Shown here in pieces: positions 26,465 to 35,300 of a stretch of 64,000 bases of DNA. Position 1 is the stretch's first letter; the number at the start of each line of letters is the position of its first letter. Source of the DNA: a virus (Duplodnaviria > Caudoviricetes); IMG/VR virus record IMGVR_UViG_3300008262_003210; one strand, 5' to 3'. The translations under genes were made by a program, and so were the position numbers. Under the pieces are notes generated by a model. It saw only the letters and a program-made list of their open reading frames with translations. It was not told where the DNA came from and searched no databases.

Positions 26465-27160
26465 ATGGGACGTCCAATTCAAAAGAAATTTTTCGCAAAC
26501 ACCAATTACGAACTATTTGGTACAGCAAATGTAGGTGGTGAGTCAATTGCTAGTGTAACAGCTCCAGCAGGAACATTAGCAACATTAGTCAACGGTACAT
26601 ATACAATTCCTCCAGCCAGTATTGGTGCACCTGATATCGATGGCGGTGCTAAACCAGTATTAACTGTTACAGTAACAGGCGCAACAGCTTATACAGTAAC
26701 AGTAGTTTCAGCAGGCTCTGGTTATACAAGTGCTCCAACAATTACATTTGCTGGTAGCGTAGCAGGTGGCTCTGGTAGTGCTACTCCTATAGCAACATTG
26801 ACATCAGGCGCAACAGCACGTCAAAATGGTATTAAATGTGAAGCACAAGTTCCAACAGTTGCTGAAGCAACTACAGGCGATATTATTAAACAAGTTGGTA
26901 GTAAACGTTACAAAGTAAATGTAGGCGGTGTGGAAGGCATTTGCAAACTAGTACAATCTGCTAGTCTAGGCGACGGAGAAATGTCAATTACAGCAACTGA
27001 TGCAAATAGCAACGCATACTTTATTAGAAAGCTAACAGCTCGTACATGTATTGTTGAGCGCAAGTCTTCTGGCGACGGTGATTTTGCTACAGGTGCAAAA
27101 GTTAAATGGACTTTTACAAGCCCAGCACCAGCAGATTCAGTAACTATTGAAAATCAATAA
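26465..27160 (+). CDS. Virion structural protein, function unknown
   Basis: 231 aa, Thr/Gly/Ala beta-rich with a VVSAGSGYTSAPTITF motif; late box and strong SD. Confidence 0.65.
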   Translation: MGRPIQKKFFANTNYELFGTANVGGESIASVTAPAGTLATLVNGTYTIPPASIGAPDIDGGAKPVLTVTVTGATAYTVTVVSAGSGYTSAPTITFAGSVAGGSGSATPIATLTSGATARQNGIKCEAQVPTVAEATTGDIIKQVGSKRYKVNVGGVEGICKLVQSASLGDGEMSITATDANSNAYFIRKLTARTCIVERKSSGDGDFATGAKVKWTFTSPAPADSVTIENQ

Positions 27161-27166
27161 TTAAAT

Positions 27167-27184
27167 TAGGGGCTTCGGCCCCTA
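27167..27184 (+). terminator. UUCG hairpin, weak terminator or RNA-stability element
   Basis: TAGGGGC-TTCG-GCCCCTA with only a short U tract. Confidence 0.55.
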
Positions 27185-27197
27185 TTAAGGATTTAGA

Positions 27198-28133
27198 ATG
27201 TCTAGAATATTAAGAGTAACCGAAGGTGATTATAGAGTCAAAGTTCAAGATGCTGGGAGCATCACGCTTGATACTGGACTCGAACAAGGTACGGTTATTA
27301 TCACCGGAGATTTACTAGTTAAAGGCAATACAACTACAGTTGATACTGCTAATCTTAATATTGAAGACAATTTAATTTTATTAAACAAAGGCGAAAGCGG
27401 AGCAGGAGTTACAGAAGGAACAGCAGGTTTAGAAATTGAACGAGGATCACTTGAAAACGCACAATTTTTGTGGGACGAATCAATTGATAAGTTTAAAATT
27501 CAACTTGATACAGATGTTCTTTCAGGTATTGTAGTTGGAAATATTGCAACAGATCCAACTACAAACTTAGAGTTTGATATGCAAAGTGGACCTGGTACCC
27601 TACGCATTACAAATTCAACAGGTTATGAAAGTCGTGTGTTAGATCCAGACGATATTCCAAATAGACAATATGTAACCGACTATGTGTTTGCCAGCGGCGG
27701 ATCTGCTGTTGTTAGTTTAATTCAATATCCAGTTGGCGCTTCGTACGGCAATGCAGATACTATGGTAGAAGCACTATCATCAAGTATTAAAATTTGGGTT
27801 GATCCGGGCACTGGACTTTCTCAAGTAGCACAATTTTCTAATAATGGTCTTGACGTTGACAATGTAAATATTTTAGAAAATACAATTTTAAATTCTGACC
27901 CAGCAGAATATTTGATTCTGACAGCGGCTAGTACACATGTTCAAATAGATGGTGTTCTTAATTTGAAAGAATTAATTACTGCACCAACTTCTACCGGAGG
28001 AGATGCTAGACTTTATGCAAAATCTGTCGCAGTTGGAGAAGAATTTAACAGTGGTGTGTTTATTGCTAACAGCAGAACACAAGATGAAATTGTAGTTAAA
28101 AATAGAGCGTTACTTTTAAGTATGCTCTTTTAA
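27198..28133 (+). CDS. Fibre-related structural protein
   Basis: VKGNTTTVDTANLNIEDNLILLNKG...AGLEIERGS...FLWDES pattern seen in phage fibre proteins. Confidence 0.6.
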   Translation: MSRILRVTEGDYRVKVQDAGSITLDTGLEQGTVIITGDLLVKGNTTTVDTANLNIEDNLILLNKGESGAGVTEGTAGLEIERGSLENAQFLWDESIDKFKIQLDTDVLSGIVVGNIATDPTTNLEFDMQSGPGTLRITNSTGYESRVLDPDDIPNRQYVTDYVFASGGSAVVSLIQYPVGASYGNADTMVEALSSSIKIWVDPGTGLSQVAQFSNNGLDVDNVNILENTILNSDPAEYLILTAASTHVQIDGVLNLKELITAPTSTGGDARLYAKSVAVGEEFNSGVFIANSRTQDEIVVKNRALLLSMLF

Positions 28134-28145
28134 GGATAAAAGAAT

Positions 28146-28463
28146 ATGGCAATATATAATACACCAATTACAGCACTAGTTGAAGCAAGTGCAGACACAT
28201 TAGCATCGGGTTCTGGTGCTAGGGCAATTACTACTGTCATAGTGTGTAATACAACAAGTGGAGATAAAACAGTTTCATTATATGCTGTTGCAGGCGGCGG
28301 TTCAGCAAGTGCAAATAATATGATTGTAAACACTCTTACTGTTCCAGCAGGAGATACTGTAAGTTTTGATCAAGAAAAAATGGTATTAAGCACCGGCGAC
28401 CAATTAAAAGCAATTTGTAGTGCTAGTGGTTTAACAGCAACAGTAAGCACATTGGTAGTTTAA
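28146..28463 (+). CDS. Small beta-sandwich structural protein (paralog family of 3)
   Basis: 105 aa; similar to 38012 and 58532. Confidence 0.6.
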   Translation: MAIYNTPITALVEASADTLASGSGARAITTVIVCNTTSGDKTVSLYAVAGGGSASANNMIVNTLTVPAGDTVSFDQEKMVLSTGDQLKAICSASGLTATVSTLVV

Positions 28464-28464
28464 T

Positions 28465-29004
28465 ATGAGATTTTTAAAAACACTTACTCTAAATCGAAGA
28501 GCAATTTACGATAGTCGTGTGGCACTAACAACCAGCAATGACTTGACTCTTGCTGACAGCAGGACTATGGTCCTTCCAAAAAGCAGTAGTAGTGTGTCAA
28601 GCCCAACAATTGGACAAATGCGTTACAACACATCAACAGACCAAGTTGAAGTTTATCAAGGGGTTGGCGGTGGTGCAACTTGGAGATCATTACGTTTTAA
28701 AGAAGCAACACAAATTAGTAGAGAAAATTATACAGGTGATGGCACAAGTACTGTATTTGGACCGTTAACTTATCAACCACCAGCTGTAGTTGAAAGCGGC
28801 GCTACATGGACCGGAAACAATTTAATAGTTATAGTCGGAAACGTTTTTCAAATTTACAATACAAACTATCTAATTCAATTAGGTTCTACATTAGGTGCTC
28901 CTTATAATACTCCGCCTAACGATACAAAATATTATATTCAATTTACATCAGCTACACCAGGTTTATCAACACCAATAGTCATACTACATGGTTTTGATCA
29001 GTAA
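28465..29004 (+). CDS. Structural protein
   Basis: GQMRYNTSTDQVEVYQG fibre motif; 179 aa. Confidence 0.6.
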   Translation: MRFLKTLTLNRRAIYDSRVALTTSNDLTLADSRTMVLPKSSSSVSSPTIGQMRYNTSTDQVEVYQGVGGGATWRSLRFKEATQISRENYTGDGTSTVFGPLTYQPPAVVESGATWTGNNLIVIVGNVFQIYNTNYLIQLGSTLGAPYNTPPNDTKYYIQFTSATPGLSTPIVILHGFDQ

Positions 29005-29015
29005 GGAGTAACACA

Positions 29016-32000
29016 ATGCCATTACTACCAGAAAACGTAGTAGCATTAGGTAGAATAGGCGGCCCGCTACTAGACAGCAACCTTAAAAGAAAAAACGCAG
29101 GAACAGGCGAAGAAAATCTTGCGTTCGGCAACACATCTCTAGTTAACCCAACTGTACTTTATCTAGATGTAATAAACGGCCGTGTGGGTATTAACACAGA
29201 TACTCCAACTCATCCGCTCAATGTAAGTAACATACGAACAACAAATTTAATTGTTCCTACACAAACTGAAATAGAAAATTTTGTTATAACAACTAACACA
29301 ATTCAAAATATTTCAACAGCAATAACAATTAGTCCAGATCAAACAACAGATCCTGTTATTGATATGGTCAAAATAGGAACTTATGATTATGGTTCAAGTG
29401 TAGCGTACTTGAACATCAGCGATCAACTGATTGAAAATATCAACAACAATAGTAATATTGAAATAAGTCCAAACGGCCTGGGCGCTGTTAATATTACTAC
29501 TTCCAAATTATATGTTGATGGAAATTTTACAGCAACAGGTAATATTAATTGGGACGGCTCACTAATTACATTAGGTAGTAATGACAGCGATAACGTAGTT
29601 TTTAATGCAGACGTAAACAGTAATATTGTACCTAATATTAATGAAACATATGATTTAGGCACAGCATTAAAACGTTGGAATACAATTTATACTGAAGATT
29701 TTCCAGTTGATAATTTAAATTTAGATTCTGCAATAATTAACGGTATAGACATGTTGCTTGAACAAGGCAACACTATCTATGTTAGTATATATGGAGATGA
29801 TTTAAATGTAGGAACACATCTACACAACACTTATCGTACAGTAAAATATGCACTTAGTCAAGCAACGGCCGGTGATACTGTTGTAATTTTTCCAGGAACA
29901 TACGAAGAAATATTTCCACTAACTGTACCAGCAGGTGTGACAGTTAACGGTGCGGGTATTAGAGCAGTAACAATAATACCTACAGTTGGAACAAATACTA
30001 ACAATGCATTTTTATTAAACGGCGAAACAACTGTTAGTAATCTGACTGTTAAAGATTTTTATACAGGCTACGCATTTAGTTTTGCTAGTGGATTTACAGT
30101 AACCAGTCGTAGTCCTTATGTACAAAATGTTACAGTAATAACAACAGGACCAAATGCAGGTAACGGCGCCTTAGTTGACGGTAGTTTAGCCAACAGCTCC
30201 AGTAAAGAAGCCAGTATGTTGTTTCATAGTATCACTATGATTGTACCTAACAGTATAGGCATTACGGCAACTAACGGCGCTCGTGTTGAGTGGTTAAACA
30301 GTTTTACCTATTTTGCTGAAAAAGGAATTTACCTAACACAAGGTGCATTAGGTTTTGCAAGTCTCGGAGTCAAGTACGGTGCAGAAATTCGCAGTATTGG
30401 ATCAGCAAACGTGTACGGAACTTATGGTGCTGTAGCAGACGGTGCTAACACATTAGCCTACTTGATTAGCCATAATTTTGCTTACATTGGTGCAGGAACA
30501 ACTACTTCAAACGAACCTCATTTAGTAATTCAAGCTAATGAAGTGGTAGAGTTAAACAGTGGAAAAATTTATTACGAAAGTGTTGATGCAAAGGGTGATT
30601 TTAGAATAGGCGATATATTCTATGTAAATCAAGAGACAGGCGCAGTAGTATTTAATGCTCAAAGCATAAGTTTTCTTCCTACCGGAAATATTACGTTAAC
30701 TGGCCCAACCAGCTCAGCGTTTATTGATGCAACTACTGTAGATGTTGGAAATATACGTGTATACGACAACACTATTGAAAGTGTTATTGGACCAATCAAT
30801 TTTTCTACTTTTTCCGGAACAACTAATTTAAGTACAAATATATTTGTAACTGGTAATACAGAAATTTCAGCAGATGCTATTGTAAGAGGTAATTTATATT
30901 TAGGCAATCAAGCATCTGATACTATAACCATATATCCAGAATTTACACAGGATTTATTACCAGACGATGTTGGCGGCCCGTTTACACTAGGTACTGATCC
31001 TAAGCGATGGGATACACTATATAGTTCTTTGTTAAATGTTGATGATATTATACAAATTGATAGTAATACTATTGAAACCCTGACAACAGATACTGATTTA
31101 ATACTTCAAGCTGCTGGTATAGGAAAAATTAATGTTGTAGATACTAACGTTACAGTTAATAACAACCTTACAACTGATAGTTTAACTGTAAATGGGCTAT
31201 CTACGCTACAAGACTTAACAATTACTGGAACTACCTTGCAGACTGGAAACTGGGGACAGACTGGTAATTTAGATTTAACAGGCGATGTAACTGTTAATAT
31301 TCTTAAAATAACCGGGCTTACTTCATATTTTACTGTTCCTGATTTCAAGTTTGAAGGAAATGAAATTAGCATAACTGCGCTAGATCAAGATTTAAATATT
31401 TTTGGTAATACTACTGGAGCAGTGATTTTAAAAGATTCCGTAAAAATTTCTGGCAGCACAATTGAGTCGGTGTCTAGCTCACTGTTAAATCAAAATTTAA
31501 CTTTTACACCTGACGGTACTGGAAATTTTATTGTAGATACAACAAAGTCTTTAAAAATTCCAATAGGTAACAATACTACCAGAACATTAAACGCAGGAGA
31601 AATTAGGTACAATAATGTAACTAATTTGTTTGAAGGTGGCGGTGCCACAGGTGGACTGATTAGCTTTAACGGGCTATACGATAGTGACAGAAATACCTAT
31701 ATTACTACTGGAGGATTAGATAATACAATCTATTTTGGTATTAATAACAGCGTAAGAGCTACTATTGATAGCACCTCATTAGAATCATCTAGATTTGACA
31801 TAGGAAATATTCGTTTTGAAGGAAATACAGTTTTAAATTCTTTATCTGGAAATGATTTAATTTTATTGCCTACTGGAACAGGAAACACACTTTTAAACAA
31901 CATAGGATTTTCTTCAGAAAGTACTATAACAAATCAATCAAATAGTCCGCTAGTAATTAAAGGAACAGGCTCAGGCTATATTAGTTTTGCATCTGCGGCT

Positions 32001-32219
32001 GCTGTTATGCTACCAATGGGTCTATCAGCAGAAAGACCACTAGCTACTGAAACGGGACTAGTGCGATATAACACAACATTTCCACGTTTAGAAGTTTACA
32101 CCGGCGACCCAGGCCAAGGAGAAAATGGTTGGGTAACAGCATTAGGCGAAGCAACCGGTATTGTAGACGCAAACGTCATTGAAGGTCTTCTTGATTTTTG
32201 GACCCTGATACTAGGGTAA
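29016..32219 (+). CDS. Fibre/spike protein with pectate-lyase-like beta-helix (uninterrupted scaffold)
   Basis: YVSIYGDD...YRTVKYAL...PGTYEEIFPLTVPAGVTVNG beta-helix entry; L-x-L-x-P-x-G-T-G repeats; GEIRYNN and GLVRYNT motifs. Confidence 0.7.
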   Translation: MPLLPENVVALGRIGGPLLDSNLKRKNAGTGEENLAFGNTSLVNPTVLYLDVINGRVGINTDTPTHPLNVSNIRTTNLIVPTQTEIENFVITTNTIQNISTAITISPDQTTDPVIDMVKIGTYDYGSSVAYLNISDQLIENINNNSNIEISPNGLGAVNITTSKLYVDGNFTATGNINWDGSLITLGSNDSDNVVFNADVNSNIVPNINETYDLGTALKRWNTIYTEDFPVDNLNLDSAIINGIDMLLEQGNTIYVSIYGDDLNVGTHLHNTYRTVKYALSQATAGDTVVIFPGTYEEIFPLTVPAGVTVNGAGIRAVTIIPTVGTNTNNAFLLNGETTVSNLTVKDFYTGYAFSFASGFTVTSRSPYVQNVTVITTGPNAGNGALVDGSLANSSSKEASMLFHSITMIVPNSIGITATNGARVEWLNSFTYFAEKGIYLTQGALGFASLGVKYGAEIRSIGSANVYGTYGAVADGANTLAYLISHNFAYIGAGTTTSNEPHLVIQANEVVELNSGKIYYESVDAKGDFRIGDIFYVNQETGAVVFNAQSISFLPTGNITLTGPTSSAFIDATTVDVGNIRVYDNTIESVIGPINFSTFSGTTNLSTNIFVTGNTEISADAIVRGNLYLGNQASDTITIYPEFTQDLLPDDVGGPFTLGTDPKRWDTLYSSLLNVDDIIQIDSNTIETLTTDTDLILQAAGIGKINVVDTNVTVNNNLTTDSLTVNGLSTLQDLTITGTTLQTGNWGQTGNLDLTGDVTVNILKITGLTSYFTVPDFKFEGNEISITALDQDLNIFGNTTGAVILKDSVKISGSTIESVSSSLLNQNLTFTPDGTGNFIVDTTKSLKIPIGNNTTRTLNAGEIRYNNVTNLFEGGGATGGLISFNGLYDSDRNTYITTGGLDNTIYFGINNSVRATIDSTSLESSRFDIGNIRFEGNTVLNSLSGNDLILLPTGTGNTLLNNIGFSSESTITNQSNSPLVIKGTGSGYISFASAAAVMLPMGLSAERPLATETGLVRYNTTFPRLEVYTGDPGQGENGWVTALGEATGIVDANVIEGLLDFWTLILG

Positions 32220-32231
32220 AATCTCCCAAAC

Positions 32232-32239
32232 GATAAATA
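32232..32239 (+). promoter_or_regulatory. Late promoter box (GATAAATA)
   Basis: Start of the 148-nt gap before 32368. Confidence 0.65.
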
Positions 32240-32247
32240 CTATTGAT

Positions 32248-32362
32248 TACAAGAAACGACCAATTTCTTGTATGGTTAAACTGTGGTAAACCAGCAAAGA
32301 GCCGTAAAAACGGATGCGGAGAAATCCTAAATGGTTAACCGTGAAACACGGGGTTTGAGGAG
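32248..32362 (+). promoter_or_regulatory. Structured 5' leader, candidate cis-regulatory RNA
   Basis: 9-bp stem TACAAGAAA/TTTCTTGTA, CCGT-AAAA-ACGG, GGA-GAAA-TCC, CCGTG-AAA-CACGG, long-range GGTTAA/TTAACC, SD GAGGAG. Confidence 0.55.
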
Positions 32363-32367
32363 AGCTG

Positions 32368-35300
32368 ATGGCTGTTGGTCGTATTACCGGTCCACTCTTA
32401 AAAGCGAATCTACTTCGTAATGGCGTAGATCTGGCTTTTGAGACCGACCTTTTATATTTAGATGTTAATAACGGCAGGGTCGGAATTAAGACGAGCCTAC
32501 CTGACTACGACCTAGATGTCAACGGCACAACCCGTTCAACAAACTTAACAGCAACTACCCAAGCAGATTTAGCTACTTTTAACGTAGCAACAGATACTAT
32601 TTCAAGTAGTAGTTCTATTATTAATTTACGACCAGCCGGTGCTAATCCTGTAGTTTATCAAGGTAAAATTCAAACAGGTGATTTACAACTTAGCACTAAC
32701 ACTATCGAAACTACTGCAACAGACCAAGATTTAGATATCAACACACTTGGCACCGGGCAAGTAAATGTAAACGCAAATTTAAATGTTAACGGCGATGTGC
32801 ATGTAACAGGAAATTTACAAGTTGACGGTGATGCTAGCGGAACAATTACAATCGGCGATGCTGACACAGATAATGTTGAATTTAAAGCAGATGTTAACAG
32901 TAATATTATACCCGATGATAACGAAACTTGGGATTTAGGTAGCAATCCTACTTCTGGCGGAAAACGTTGGAAAACAGTTTACACTAAAGATTTAATAGCT
33001 CAGCAGATTACAGCATCAAATGTATTAGTTGACGGCATTGACCTAACGCAAATTCAAGGAAACATATATTATGTTGCTACAACTGGTAGCAATTCTAATG
33101 CTGGCGAACACGAGCATGATCCGGTATTAACATTAAAATATGCACTTAGCTTGGCAAATGCAGGCGATTGCATTTATATTTTTCCAGGCGTTTATCAAGA
33201 AATTTTTCCATTAACTGTTCCAGCAGGAGTAAGCGTTAAAGGTGCAGGTCTTCGTTCAGTTAAAATTACACCTACAGTAGGTACACGATTTAATGATGCA
33301 TTTTTGCTAAACGGTGAAACTACTATTGAAGATTTAACTATAGCAGATTTCTTTAGCACTTCGACAGCACAAATTACTTTATCCAGCGTACTTAATAATC
33401 CCAATGCTTACAGCACAAGTTCAAGTGATCAATTTGGTTGGTCAGTTGCTGTATCAGACAACTATGCTATAGTTGGCGCAGTATCAGAAGATGATGCAGG
33501 TGGGCAAAGTTCAGGTAAAGCCTATATTTTCAATACAACTACTGGAGCACTAGTACATACATTAAATAACCCCAACGCCTTTGGTACAAGTTTAGGTGAT
33601 CAATTTGCTTTGTCAGTTGGCATATCGGGCAATTATGCTATAGTTAGTGCAACTGTAGAAGATGATGCAGGCGGCACTGATTCGGGCAAGGTCTATATCT
33701 ACAACGTGACCACCGGCGCATTAATACGAACCCTAAACAACCCCAACGCTTACAGTACAAGTGGAGGCGATTTATTTGGACGATCAATTGCCGTATCAGG
33801 CAATTATGCAATAGTTGGCGCAGTATCAGAAGATGATGCGGGTGGTTCTAGTTCAGGTAAAGCCTACATATTTGACCTTACACATGCAAGTACCGACAGT
33901 ACCACTTCTGTACAAGTTGAATTTGGTGCTGCGGATAATCTAGACGGAACTTTCACTATTGATCTAGCTAGTCTAGGTATTACTGATCCAGGCGCTTTGA
34001 TTATTATCAATAGCGTAGATATTAGAGGAGACCTAAGTAGTAATGCAATCGAATATATAGATTTAAAATTAAGTACAGCAGCCGGTTATAATAGATATAT
34101 CTCAGGCTTTGATGATGCTACTTATAGAAATTTCGCCTGGCTTGGAGGTCAACCAACTAGTGTTGGAAACGTCAATATAGATTACATAATTCCGCCTGAC
34201 ATAAATTTTAGCCCTACTGGTATGCCTAACGGATATTTTTGGCAGGTAAGACTTAATATAACAGTAACTATTAGTGCATTAAGACATGTTTTAAATAACC
34301 CCAATGCTTACAGCACAAGTGGAAGTGATAATTTTGGTTTGTCAGTAGACATATCAGACAATTATGCAATAGTTGGTGCATATCTAGAAGATGATGCGGG
34401 TGGATCAGGTGCAGGTAAAGCCTATGTTTTCAACGTGGCCAGTGGCGCATTAGTACAAACTTTAAATAACCCCAACGCCTTTGGTACAAGTGTAAGTGAT
34501 CAATTTGGTTTGTCAGTTGGCATATCAGGCAACTATGCTATAGTTGGCGCATACCCAGAAGATGATGCGGGCGGCACTAGTTCAGGTAAAGCCTATATTT
34601 TCAATGCAACTACTGGTGCATTAATACACACTCTAAATAACCCCAACGCCTATAGTACAAGTGCAAGTGATCAATTTGGTTTTTCAGTAGACATATCAGG
34701 CAACTATGCTATAGTTAGTGCAAACGTAGAAGATGATGCGGGTGGTACTAGTTCAGGCAAGGTCTATATTTTTAGTACTATAAGCGGTCAGCTATTACAA
34801 ACTATTAATAATCCCAACGCTTACAGTACAAGTGCAGGTGATCAATTTGGCCATATAGTTGCAATATCAGGCAACTATGCTATGGTTGGCGCAATAGGAG
34901 AAGATGATGCAGGCGGCACTGATTCAGGTAAAGCCTATATTTACAACTTAACAGGTACTGTAGAAAACGGATACGCATTCCGTTTTGCTACCGGAATGAC
35001 TGTTACTAATCGTAGTCCTTATATTAGAAACGTAACAGTAATTACCAAAGGTTCAACTACAAGTGTAACCGATCCTTACGGTTTTGATAGCGGTGATGCA
35101 GGTAAAGGCGCATTAGCAGACGGTAGTGTAGTTAATGCTGCTAGTGTTGAAGCAAGTATGTTGTTTCATTCAGTAACATTTATTACACCTAATCAAGAAG
35201 CAATCACAGCAACTAACGGTGTACGTATTGAATGGTTAAATTCATTTAGTTATTTTGCTGATAAAGGATTATATTTAACAAGCGGACCTTTGGGTTTTGC

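Noticed and set aside
32281-32300. c-di-GMP-I riboswitch
   Set aside because: GGTAAACC and GCAAAG are adjacent without the intervening GNRA-capped stem and receptor architecture.
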